From contig JBEKXS010000001.1 of the NCBI GenBank assembly GCA_049511795.1, positions 240,001 through 272,000 on the forward strand: a stretch of 32,000 bases of DNA, given 5' to 3'. A program made the translations under genes and the position numbers. How positions within the stretch are numbered: the stretch's first letter is position 1; the number at the start of each line of letters is the position of its first letter. Shown piece by piece: positions 13,994-22,687 of the stretch. Origin of the DNA: Candidatus Saccharimonadota bacterium. Lineage in GTDB: Archaea; Nanobdellota; Nanobdellia; Pacearchaeales; GW2011-AR1. The notes beneath the pieces are model-generated. The model had not been told where the DNA came from, ran no database searches, and saw only the letters and a program-made list of their open reading frames with translations.

Positions 13994-14266
13994 TTAAAGG
14001 CCGAAAAATCTTCGCCACCATGATTTCTTAGCTTCAACCGGTTGGTCATTCTCTCCAATAATTTCATGGGTAATCATTGGCTTATCCTGGAGAACAGGCG
14101 CCTCTTTTGACAGTTCTAGGTTTGCATCTTTTATTGCAAGGTCAACAAGAGTTCTTGAATATCCCTGGTCAACAAGAGCCCACTTCAATGACTCTAAAGT
14201 ATAACCCTTTCTTAGGTTTTTTTTGACATAATCGATTATTCTCTTTTTGTACTCTGAATCTCTCAT
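13994..14266 (-). CDS. Hypothetical protein
   Basis: 90-aa ORF with a TATA-like box about 25 nt upstream. It has an N-terminal helical module (YVKKNLRKGYTLESLKWALVDQGYS). No family was recognised. Confidence 0.45.
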   Translation of the reverse strand: MRDSEYKKRIIDYVKKNLRKGYTLESLKWALVDQGYSRTLVDLAIKDANLELSKEAPVLQDKPMITHEIIGENDQPVEAKKSWWRRFFGL

Positions 14267-14308
14267 AAAAAAGACAATATTTTGTAGTTTAAAAATATAA
14301 TTGTTTTA

Positions 14309-15799
14309 TTATTTTATTTTTATGGGGCTACTGGACTTAAAGAATTTCAAAGACTCATTAATTCTTGTCTGAGTTTCAGAATATATTGTAATAATCTTGT
14401 CCCCTTTTTTAACAATTTCGCCAACATGGTGGTAAATGTAAAGACCGGCTGGCTTATCTACAGGAGATCCTGCAATTCTTGCAAGAGAATTTATCTTTTC
14501 ATTGTCTATTTCTATTATTTTTCCTGATTTTTTGGAGAAAACATCTTTTTTCAATCTTGCATACCTTATCCTTTTAAGGCTTCCCTGCTGAGCTTTTACA
14601 ATTTCCTTGAATTTTTCAAATGCTTTTCCTGAGCGTAGGATTTTTTCAGCTAATTCAATACCTTTTCCATGTTTTGCTTTTCCTGTCATTTCAAGAATGT
14701 TTCCTGCAATAAAAAGAGATTTTTTTTCAAGATCTTTAGGACTTTGGTCATGCTTGCTTGGATCCAAAACTTTCAATATTTCCATCAATTCAAGATCGGG
14801 ACCAACACCGTGCCCAATAGGCTGGCTTCCATCTGTTATTACACATCTTATTTTTTTATGAAAATAATTCCCCAGCGTATCAAAATCTCTTTTAAGGTCT
14901 TCTGCTTTTTTTCTTGTAGTAATCTTTACTGATTTTCCGTAAGGAATGTCAATGAGAATGTATTTGCTTCCTACTGCGAGTTTCTTTGAAAGTATTGAAG
15001 CAAGAAGCTGGGATTTGGGGTCTATGCTGAGCTCTTTTTCAACACTTATTATCTTTGAGTCAGCTGGAACAAGCCCTATTCCACCTCCAAATATTATGAA
15101 AGCATTTGTTTTTTTTATTATTTTTTTTAATTCCTTAACAGAAAAATCAACTTTTGCGATTGCTTCCATTACATCTGCTGTTCCTGCTGCAGTTGTTATT
15201 GCCCTTGAGGACGTTTTGGGAAAAGTCAGGCCAGCTGCCGCACAAATAGGAACAACAATTGGCGTTGTCCTGTTGCCTGCGACTCCACCTATAGAATGCT
15301 TGTCAACAATGAATTTGTTTTTTAGAGAGAGTCTGTTGCCTGTTTTTACCATGGCATTTATCATGTAAATTGTTTCCTTCATGCTTATTCCAACTCTGTA
15401 CATTGCAGCAACAAAAAGTGCAATCTCTGCTTCAGAAAGGCGGTCATTTACGATATCTGAAATTATCTGGGAGATTTCATTTTTTGAAAGCTCCTTGTTC
15501 CCCAATTTTTTCTTGATCAAATCAACACTTCTTGGAACAGGTGCAATATTAACATCAACTTTTTGGTGTTTTTTAAGATTCAATCGAGAAACAATTTCAT
15601 CAGAAACAAGAATCTCATCTTTTTTCATCTCATCTTCAATTATATCTAGAATAGCAGTCATCTCCCGTATTGGTTTTATAATGGTCTTGATAAAAACAGT
15701 TTCTTTTGCTTGCAAGCCAAATTTCATTGCTGTTTCCTTGCTAAGCATTGCAACAGGAAATCCAGAGGACCATTTCTTGATTTTTGCTCTTAGTATCAT
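14309..15799 (-). CDS. deoA: AMP phosphorylase (thymidine phosphorylase family, archaeal DeoA type)
   Basis: 496 aa. An extra N-terminal domain precedes the glycosyltransferase family 3 core (HSIGGVAGNRTTPIVVPI...TSSRAITTAAGTADVME). Confidence 0.8.
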   Translation of the reverse strand: MILRAKIKKWSSGFPVAMLSKETAMKFGLQAKETVFIKTIIKPIREMTAILDIIEDEMKKDEILVSDEIVSRLNLKKHQKVDVNIAPVPRSVDLIKKKLGNKELSKNEISQIISDIVNDRLSEAEIALFVAAMYRVGISMKETIYMINAMVKTGNRLSLKNKFIVDKHSIGGVAGNRTTPIVVPICAAAGLTFPKTSSRAITTAAGTADVMEAIAKVDFSVKELKKIIKKTNAFIIFGGGIGLVPADSKIISVEKELSIDPKSQLLASILSKKLAVGSKYILIDIPYGKSVKITTRKKAEDLKRDFDTLGNYFHKKIRCVITDGSQPIGHGVGPDLELMEILKVLDPSKHDQSPKDLEKKSLFIAGNILEMTGKAKHGKGIELAEKILRSGKAFEKFKEIVKAQQGSLKRIRYARLKKDVFSKKSGKIIEIDNEKINSLARIAGSPVDKPAGLYIYHHVGEIVKKGDKIITIYSETQTRINESLKFFKSSSPIKIK

Positions 15800-15882
15800 T
15801 TTAACAATTTACTCTTTTTTAAAATATTTTACAAATATAAATGGAAAAATCTATTTTTATATTTATATCTTATGAAGAAATA

Positions 15883-16938
15883 TTACTTGCTTTCTTTTGC
15901 TGGTTCTTGAAGTATCAAACCAGGTGATGGTTTTTTCCTATATAGCTCCAGGATTATCAAAAGGTAAGCAATAACAAGTGGACCTATAATAAATCCTAAA
16001 ATTCCAAAGAAGAATACCCCACCAATCATGGAAATAAGAACTACAGCAGAATGCATTTTTGTCATTCTTGATACAAAGATTGGTCTTAAAATATTTTCAG
16101 CAATTGAGGATATTATTCCGAATATTATTACTCCCCATGCAGCTGTTGTGTTTCCTGCTATAAACATGTAGATTGCAACAGGAATCCATACTACAGGTGT
16201 TCCAACAATAGGCAATATTCCAGCAACAACTCCCAAAATAGTAAGGAATAGGGCGTTAGGAACTCCAAATATAAAGAAACCTACTCCTGCAATAAGTCCT
16301 TGAATCATTCCTATAAAGATATGACTGTATATAACTGACTTGGTTATTTCAGAAGAATGGTCAAATAATTTTTTCTCAACTTCTTTTGGGAAAGGCAAAA
16401 GGCTTTTTAGATATTCCAAAACTTCTTCCTTGTCTCTTAGGACAAAAAAGAAGGTGAAAAAAGCAACTACGAGCTGGAGAGCTATTGTTGGAAGATTAAC
16501 TAGCATATTTGTCAATGAGTTTGTTATTGCGTTTGTAGTATTAAGAATAAAAGAGGACAATGCAGAACTTACCTGAGTCGCGAATTGTGGCGAGGTAAAC
16601 AGTTTGGGAAAAAGGCCCTTAAGAAGGGTGGTAAAATCTATCTGAAGAGCTGCTTGGAATATCTTGAAAGATTGATCAATAAGAAGGGGAATCAAGAACC
16701 AGATTACTAGAAATATGATTATAAAAACTATGACCATAATCAGCCAAGCGCTTAGATTTTTTGATTTTGTTCTTTTGTAAAGCCAATCGTAAACAGGAGC
16801 GAAAATAAATGCAAGGAGAAGACCTGAGAAAATCGAAAGAATTATGGGCCTCAAAAGAAGAAAAGAAAGAACAATTAGAGATAAGAATATTATCAAACCC
16901 ATTGTCTTTTCAAAATATTCTTCGTCTATTTTAACCAT
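15883..16938 (-). CDS. AI-2E family transporter (PerM/UPF0118 permease)
   Basis: 351 aa with about 8 TM helices, and the topology and length of the AI-2E family. Confidence 0.6.
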   Translation of the reverse strand: MVKIDEEYFEKTMGLIIFLSLIVLSFLLLRPIILSIFSGLLLAFIFAPVYDWLYKRTKSKNLSAWLIMVIVFIIIFLVIWFLIPLLIDQSFKIFQAALQIDFTTLLKGLFPKLFTSPQFATQVSSALSSFILNTTNAITNSLTNMLVNLPTIALQLVVAFFTFFFVLRDKEEVLEYLKSLLPFPKEVEKKLFDHSSEITKSVIYSHIFIGMIQGLIAGVGFFIFGVPNALFLTILGVVAGILPIVGTPVVWIPVAIYMFIAGNTTAAWGVIIFGIISSIAENILRPIFVSRMTKMHSAVVLISMIGGVFFFGILGFIIGPLVIAYLLIILELYRKKPSPGLILQEPAKESK

Positions 16939-16957
16939 TAATTAGTGAATGGTAGTT

Positions 16958-16971
16958 AAAATTTATAAAGG
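16958..16971. promoter_or_regulatory. Single TATA-like element centred in a 52-bp divergent intergenic region
   Basis: AAAATTTATAAAGG lies about 26 nt from the ATG at 16938 (minus) and about 27 nt from the ATG at 16991 (plus). Confidence 0.35.
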
Positions 16972-16990
16972 TTTGTGAATAAAAATTTTT

Positions 16991-17653
16991 ATGAACTTCA
17001 TAAAAAAGATATTCTCTGGTAAGACTGATGAATCAGTGCACAAGCAGTTTGTAAGGTTTGGAAAGGGAGAATACAGGAGAAGGGCACTTTTGAGCATCTG
17101 GAAAACAAAAGCAATTAAGGTAAAAAGCAGCTTTGAATTCGCCAACGATTTTGTTAACTTTGTTTCAGAGATTGGAGAAGCATCATTTAGCGGAAATATT
17201 TGGAGCAAAGGCGAGCTTCCTGGTTTATTAGGAAAGAAAAGAGAGGGAAAAATAATTTATGAAGTAAATGGGTTAACAAGTAGGCAGATAAAAGAGATTT
17301 CTCCAAAAGTCTATTACTTTCTTTTAAATGCAGAAGGACCTGGAATAAAGTTAAGAATAAAGACCAAGCTTCCAAAACCAGGAAAAGGAGAGGACAAAAT
17401 TGATGATAAATTCTGCCAGATGGAAATTGATGAAAAATATTACAGCAAAGTAAAGGATGATTTTTTCTGGGATTTACCAGATATTAAAAAAGCAACTGTT
17501 GAACACACTTTTGTCATAAAAGACATTGTTCTTCCTAAAGGAGAAACAGACTATGCCAAAATCAGAGAACTTGCAAAGAGGAAGGGAAAAATTATAAGAA
17601 CTGCAAATATTGATGGCAAAGAAGTCAAGAAAGAGATTGATTTCGAAGCTTAA
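16991..17653 (+). CDS. Hypothetical protein (Lys-rich, soluble)
   Basis: 220-aa ORF with coding-like composition, immediately upstream of the ribosomal protein operon promoter. No family was recognised. Confidence 0.55.
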   Translation: MNFIKKIFSGKTDESVHKQFVRFGKGEYRRRALLSIWKTKAIKVKSSFEFANDFVNFVSEIGEASFSGNIWSKGELPGLLGKKREGKIIYEVNGLTSRQIKEISPKVYYFLLNAEGPGIKLRIKTKLPKPGKGEDKIDDKFCQMEIDEKYYSKVKDDFFWDLPDIKKATVEHTFVIKDIVLPKGETDYAKIRELAKRKGKIIRTANIDGKEVKKEIDFEA

Positions 17654-17664
17654 TTCTGTCAAAA

Positions 17665-17677
17665 AACTTTAAAAAGG
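17665..17677 (+). promoter_or_regulatory. Putative TATA box for the ribosomal protein super-operon
   Basis: AACTTTAAAAAGG lies about 70 nt upstream of the rpl3 ATG. Confidence 0.3.
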
Positions 17678-17742
17678 ACCTTTTTTTAGATATCTTATCC
17701 AGGGTAATAAAATGCTATCCGCAAAAGCAAATATAGTAAGAA

Positions 17743-18678
17743 ATGGCTACAATACGAAGACCGAGAAAGGGAAGTTTGCAGATTTGGCCGAGGAAAAAGG
17801 CCAGTAAGTTTCTGCCTAGAGTTAACTGGAGTTCTATAGATTCTGGAAAAAAATTGAAGGGTTTTATATGTTATAAAGCAGGAATGGCTTCTGCTTTTGT
17901 CAAGGACGAAACTCCCAATTCAATGACAAAAGGGAAAAATATTATTGTTCCTGTTACAATTCTTGAATGCCCATCAATGAGAATATTTTCCGTCAGGTTT
18001 TACAAAAACGGCCAAGTCAAAACAGAAGTTTTAGCTGAAAATATGGACAAGGAATTAATAAGCATAATAAAAATACCCAAGAAAAAGCCAGGAAAAATTG
18101 ATGATGTAAAAGATTATGATGACATTGCTCTTGTATGCTATTCAGAGGTTAAAAAAACAGGAATTAAAAAAACTCCCGACATAAGCGAAATTGGATTGTC
18201 TGGAGACTTGAGCGAGAAGCTTAATTTTGCAAAAGAAAATCTTGGAAAAGAAATAAATTTCTCTGACATGTTTGAAAAAAAACAGGTTGTTGACATTAGA
18301 GGATTGTCAAAAGGCTTTGGTTTCTCAGGACCTGTAAAAAGATTCGGCATTTCATTAAAAGCGCACAAATCTGAAAAAGGAAGAAGAAAGCCAGGAAGCT
18401 TGGGTCCATGGCATCCTGCAAGAGTCACATACAAAACACCATTGGCAGGACAGCTTGGAATGTTTTCAAGAATAACTTACAATAGCAACATAATAGATGA
18501 AGGAAAATCAGACGGAAAATTCAAGAACATAAAAAATTACGGAAACATTGACACAAATTATGTTCTTGTTACAGGCTCTGTTCAGGGTCCTGCAAAAAGA
18601 CAGGTTCTCATAACATATCCTTTAAGATCAACTAAAAAACAGGCGAAGAAAGTTTACAATTTAATAGAAATAAGATAA
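17743..18678 (+). CDS. rpl3: Ribosomal protein uL3
   Basis: 311 aa with PRKGSLQIWPRKKA at the N-terminus and KGFGFSGPVKRFG in the core. It is first in the conserved operon order. Confidence 0.95.
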   Translation: MATIRRPRKGSLQIWPRKKASKFLPRVNWSSIDSGKKLKGFICYKAGMASAFVKDETPNSMTKGKNIIVPVTILECPSMRIFSVRFYKNGQVKTEVLAENMDKELISIIKIPKKKPGKIDDVKDYDDIALVCYSEVKKTGIKKTPDISEIGLSGDLSEKLNFAKENLGKEINFSDMFEKKQVVDIRGLSKGFGFSGPVKRFGISLKAHKSEKGRRKPGSLGPWHPARVTYKTPLAGQLGMFSRITYNSNIIDEGKSDGKFKNIKNYGNIDTNYVLVTGSVQGPAKRQVLITYPLRSTKKQAKKVYNLIEIR

Positions 18679-18679
18679 A

Positions 18680-19480
18680 ATGAAAACAGCAATTTTTGAT
18701 TCAACAGGGAAAAAAGTAAAGGACATAGAACTTCCAAGTTTTTTCAGTCTTCCAGTAAGAGATGACATAATTTCAAAGGCGCTTGAAGCAAAGAAATCAA
18801 AACAGCCTTATGCACCGAGTCCTGTAGCTGGAAAACAAACAGCTGCATCAGGAAAGGTAGTTCACAGAAGACATGTATGGAGAAGCGGTTATGGAAGAGG
18901 AATATCAAGAATTCCAAGAAAAGTAATGACAAGAAAAGGAAGCCAGTTCAACTGGGTTGGAGCAGAAATTGCATCAACTCGTGGCGGAAGAAGGGCCCAT
19001 CCACCAAAAATTGCATCTATGATAAAAGAATTGAAAATAAACAAGAAGGAAGATGAAAAAGCATTAATTTCAGCAATCAGCGCAACAGCAAACAAAAAAC
19101 AGGTAGCTATGAAGTACCAGAGCATAGATGAAAAAGACATCAAAGATCTTCCGATTGTTGTTGAATCCAAAATCACGAGCGAGAAAACAAAACAGCTTTT
19201 AAGCGCTATCGAAAAAATACTTGGAGAAAAACTTTTCCAAGTTGCAGTAAGCAAGAAAGTTGTAAGAAGCGGCAAGGGAAAGTCAAGAGGAAGAAAATAC
19301 AAATCAAATGCAGGAATTTTGGTTGTTACAGGAAAGAGCGAAAACATGAAATCAAACATCTTTGATACAAGGAATGCAAATACATTGAGCATTGTTGATT
19401 TGGCAGAAGGTGGATCAGGAAGAATTACAGTTTATACAGAGCAGGCAATTAAAGATTTGGAGGAAAAGTTAAAACAATAA
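18680..19480 (+). CDS. rpl4: Ribosomal protein uL4
   Basis: 266 aa. The operon position and the motif RSGYGRGISRIPR fit uL4. Confidence 0.9.
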   Translation: MKTAIFDSTGKKVKDIELPSFFSLPVRDDIISKALEAKKSKQPYAPSPVAGKQTAASGKVVHRRHVWRSGYGRGISRIPRKVMTRKGSQFNWVGAEIASTRGGRRAHPPKIASMIKELKINKKEDEKALISAISATANKKQVAMKYQSIDEKDIKDLPIVVESKITSEKTKQLLSAIEKILGEKLFQVAVSKKVVRSGKGKSRGRKYKSNAGILVVTGKSENMKSNIFDTRNANTLSIVDLAEGGSGRITVYTEQAIKDLEEKLKQ

Positions 19481-19481
19481 A

Positions 19482-19730
19482 ATGACAATTGAATTAAAAC
19501 CATTAATAACTGAAAAAGCAGTCATGCTTATTGAATCTCAGAACACTTTGATATTCAAAACAAACCAAAAACCAAGCAAGCAGGAAATAAAAAAAGAAAT
19601 AGAGAGCTTGTTCAAGGTTAAGGTTGAAAAAGTGAGAGTTTCTGTGAAGGGAAACCAAAAATGCTTTTATGTTAAATTAAAAAAAGATTTTCCAGCTATT
19701 GATGTAGCGACGAAAATCGGAATGATATAA
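19482..19730 (+). CDS. rpl23: Ribosomal protein uL23
   Basis: 82 aa. The operon position and LITEKAVMLIESQNTLIF fit uL23. Confidence 0.9.
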   Translation: MTIELKPLITEKAVMLIESQNTLIFKTNQKPSKQEIKKEIESLFKVKVEKVRVSVKGNQKCFYVKLKKDFPAIDVATKIGMI

Positions 19731-19737
19731 AAATAAA

Positions 19738-20439
19738 ATGGGTAAGAGAATAATTGTTCAGGCAAGAGGACGCGGGGGACCAAGATACAGAGTTAGAAGC
19801 AAATCTTACAAAATAAGACCAAGATATCCACAAAAACTTTCTGGAGAAGGCACTGTTGTAAAAATCCTTAATTCATTGGCCCATACAGCTCCTTTGGCTA
19901 AAATTAGTTACTCAAACGGAGTTTTCTTTATGCCTGCATTCAAGGGAATGCTTGAAGGCCAGAAAATAAAATTTGAAACTCAGGAAACTTCTCCTGGAAA
20001 TATTTTAAGATTGAGAGATATTCCTGTAAAGACTTTTGTTTACAATATAGAGGCAAGACCTGGCGACGGCGGGGTTTTCATAAGAACAGGAGGAAGTTCA
20101 GGAGTTGTAAACCGTGTTTCTGAAACAGGAGTTTTCATTTTAATGCCATCAAGGAAAGAAAAAGAATTCAACCCAAATAACAGGGCAACTATTGGAGTTA
20201 TTGCTGGTGCAGGAAGAATGGACAAGCCAATAATAAAGGCAGGGAAAAGATATTTCATGAAAAAATCAAAAGGAGGAAGAGTCTGGCCAAGAACATCTGC
20301 AGTAAAGATGAATGTTATAGACCATCCATTTGGCTCTGGCAGAGGAAAGAGAATTAAGAGCAAGATTGCAAAGAGAAATGCGCCTCCTGGAGCAAAGGTT
20401 GGTTTGATAAGGCCAAGGAGAACAGGAAAGAAGAAATAA
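19738..20439 (+). CDS. rpl2: Ribosomal protein uL2
   Basis: 233 aa containing GDGGVFIRTGGSS and HPFGSGRG. Confidence 0.95.
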   Translation: MGKRIIVQARGRGGPRYRVRSKSYKIRPRYPQKLSGEGTVVKILNSLAHTAPLAKISYSNGVFFMPAFKGMLEGQKIKFETQETSPGNILRLRDIPVKTFVYNIEARPGDGGVFIRTGGSSGVVNRVSETGVFILMPSRKEKEFNPNNRATIGVIAGAGRMDKPIIKAGKRYFMKKSKGGRVWPRTSAVKMNVIDHPFGSGRGKRIKSKIAKRNAPPGAKVGLIRPRRTGKKK

Positions 20440-20440
20440 A

Positions 20441-20863
20441 ATGGAAAAAGAAGCAGAATCAAAAACATCTGAGATAAAAAGAAAAGAATTTACTTATAGA
20501 GGAAAAACTATTGACGAGCTGAAAAAGCTTGATGTAAGAGAATTTTCAAAATATATAAAATCAAAGCCAAGAAGATCTGTTCTCAGACAATTCCAGCAAA
20601 TAGAGAATTTCGTCAGCAGGGCTAAAATAAAGGCTGAAAAAAATAAGCCAATAAGAACTCATCAAAGAGAGCTTGTTATAGTGCCTGAAATGGTTGGAAT
20701 GAAAATAGCTATCCATGATGGAAGGACATTTGTGCCAACAATAATCATGGGTGAAATGCTTGGTCATAGACTTGGAGAGTTTGCAATGACAAGAAGCAGA
20801 GTCAAGCATAGTAAAGCAGGAATAGGTGCTACAAAGGGAAGTAAATTCAAGGCCAAGAAATAA
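20441..20863 (+). CDS. rps19: Ribosomal protein uS19
   Basis: 140 aa containing IAIHDGRTFVPTIIMGEMLGHRLGEF. Confidence 0.95.
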   Translation: MEKEAESKTSEIKRKEFTYRGKTIDELKKLDVREFSKYIKSKPRRSVLRQFQQIENFVSRAKIKAEKNKPIRTHQRELVIVPEMVGMKIAIHDGRTFVPTIIMGEMLGHRLGEFAMTRSRVKHSKAGIGATKGSKFKAKK

Positions 20864-20874
20864 ATAAAATAAAA

Positions 20875-21489
20875 ATGACAGAAAAAAATTACAATCCAGA
20901 ACAAAAACAGAACATGGGAATTAACAAGCAGCAAAAAAATCAGAAAATGCAACAGCCAGCAGTAGCTAAGACCGAGAAATTGGAAAAGAAAGAAGAAGCA
21001 AAGCCTGCAGAAGATAAAAAAACAGAGACAAAAGTTGAAGAAAAGAAACAAGAAACTGTTTCAAAACCTGTTATAAAGGAAAAACCAAAGAAAACAAATG
21101 CTGTTGTCAACGGAATTGGGGTTCCTATATCAACAAAACAGTCAATGGCAATATCAAGATTCATAAAAAGAAAAAAAATTGAAGATGCAATAAGAGATCT
21201 TGAGCAGGTTGCTAGATTGAAGAAACCTGTTCCAATGAAAGGAGAAATTCCTCACAGAAAAGGAGAAATAATGTCCGGAAGATTTCCACAGAAAGCTGCA
21301 AAAGAATTTATAATATTGCTTAAAAGCCTTGCAGCAAACTCTGCATACAACGGACTTGAAAACCCAATAATTACGCAATCTGTTCCAAATATAGGTTCAA
21401 GGCCTTTTGGCAGAAAGGGAATAAGAAGGAAAAGAACAAACATAACTATCATCGCTGAAGATAAAAAACAAATGGTAAAAAATAAATAA
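20875..21489 (+). CDS. rpl22: Ribosomal protein uL22 with N-terminal Lys/Glu/Gln-rich extension
   Basis: 204 aa. The uL22 core starts near residue 75 (VNGIGVPISTKQSMAISRFIKRKKIEDAIRDLEQV), and the operon position fits. Confidence 0.85.
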   Translation: MTEKNYNPEQKQNMGINKQQKNQKMQQPAVAKTEKLEKKEEAKPAEDKKTETKVEEKKQETVSKPVIKEKPKKTNAVVNGIGVPISTKQSMAISRFIKRKKIEDAIRDLEQVARLKKPVPMKGEIPHRKGEIMSGRFPQKAAKEFIILLKSLAANSAYNGLENPIITQSVPNIGSRPFGRKGIRRKRTNITIIAEDKKQMVKNK

Positions 21490-21493
21490 AAAA

Positions 21494-22201
21494 ATGGAAG
21501 AAAAAAACGTCGTTAAATTCAAGAAAGAAGAGTTCGCAATAAGAGAATACATAAGGCAGTCTCTCGGAAAGGGAAAAGTAAGTCGTGTAAAGATAGAATA
21601 TACTCCTGTTGGAGAAAAAATAATTATCTCAACAAACAGGCCTGGAATGATAATTGGTAAAGGTGGAGAAAAAATAAAAGATTTGACAAGAGTTCTTAAG
21701 GGAACATTCAAGCTTGAAAATCCAAACATAGAAATTGATGAAATAAGAAGGCCTCAGCTTGATGCGCAGTTCATGGCAGATGATATTGCATTAAGCCTTG
21801 AAAGATTTGGACCTTTGAAATTCAAAGTTATTGCATACAGGGCATTGCAGAGCATAATGGAAGCTGGTGCTCTTGGAACAGAAATAAGACTTAGCGGAAA
21901 ACTTCCAAGCGCAAGAGCAAGAACTTGGAGATTTGCACAAGGATATATGATAAAAACAGGCAACAGCGCAAAGGTTGTTGACAGAGCAAAAGCTGTTGCA
22001 CAGACAAAACCGGGAACTGTTGGCGTAAAAGTAAGCATTTTGTCTCCAGAAGCAATACTTACAGACAAGATAATAATCAATGAAGAACTTTTGAAAAAAA
22101 TAATAGCAAATATTGAACAAAAAGACCAGGCAGTTCCAGTTGAAAACAAAAAGAAAAAATCAAAGATAAAAATTAAGCAAGTTAAGGAGATTAAGGAATA
22201 A
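21494..22201 (+). CDS. rps3: Ribosomal protein uS3
   Basis: 235 aa with a KH domain (PGMIIGKGGEKIKDL) and the correct operon position. Confidence 0.95.
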   Translation: MEEKNVVKFKKEEFAIREYIRQSLGKGKVSRVKIEYTPVGEKIIISTNRPGMIIGKGGEKIKDLTRVLKGTFKLENPNIEIDEIRRPQLDAQFMADDIALSLERFGPLKFKVIAYRALQSIMEAGALGTEIRLSGKLPSARARTWRFAQGYMIKTGNSAKVVDRAKAVAQTKPGTVGVKVSILSPEAILTDKIIINEELLKKIIANIEQKDQAVPVENKKKKSKIKIKQVKEIKE

Positions 22202-22203
22202 AA

Positions 22204-22380
22204 ATGGCGAAAATAAAGGCATCTGAAATAAAAAAAATGACAAAGGAAGAAAAAAATCAGAAACTTGAAGAGTTAAAAATGGAGCTTATAAAATCAAGAG
22301 TCAGTGCTTCAAAAACAGGAAATTCAAAAGTCAAAGAAATTAAACGTTTAATAGCGAGGATAACAACGCTTAACAAATAA
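22204..22380 (+). CDS. rpl29: Ribosomal protein uL29
   Basis: Not in the ORF track. Hand translation gives 58 aa: MAKIKASEIKKMTKEEKNQKLEELKMELIKSRVSASKTGNSKVKEIKRLIARITTLNK. It follows rps3 as expected. Confidence 0.85.
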   Translation: MAKIKASEIKKMTKEEKNQKLEELKMELIKSRVSASKTGNSKVKEIKRLIARITTLNK

Positions 22381-22381
22381 A

Positions 22382-22681
22382 ATGGAAATATGCCCTAAAT
22401 GCGGATTACCAATGCAAGCATGCGTTTGCGAGCAGATTGTCAAAGGTACGCAAAGAATCAAAGTTTCAATAGACAAAAAAAGATACGGAAAAATTGTAAC
22501 TCTTGTTTCAGGATTTGAAAGTGGGATAGACATCAAGAAAATAACAAAAAACCTGAAAAATGGCCTTGCATGCGGAGGAACATACAGGGATAACACTGTT
22601 GAATTGCAGGGAGATCACAGAAAAAAAATTAAGGAAGTTCTCATAAAACTCGGTTTTGATGCAGAACTTATAGAGGATTAA
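22382..22681 (+). CDS. sui1: Translation initiation factor SUI1 (aIF1)
   Basis: 99 aa with an N-terminal Cys cluster (CPKCGLPMQACVCE) and the SUI1 core (KIVTLVSGF...LACGGTYRDNTVELQGDHRKKI). Confidence 0.85.
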   Translation: MEICPKCGLPMQACVCEQIVKGTQRIKVSIDKKRYGKIVTLVSGFESGIDIKKITKNLKNGLACGGTYRDNTVELQGDHRKKIKEVLIKLGFDAELIED

Positions 22682-22687
22682 AATAAA

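Noticed and set aside
17712-17830. Upstream out-of-frame ATG (17712) opening a short ORF that overlaps the rpl3 start
   Set aside because: It encodes about 31 aa with no features and is out of frame with the conserved uL3 N-terminus. It most likely occurs by chance in the 5' leader.
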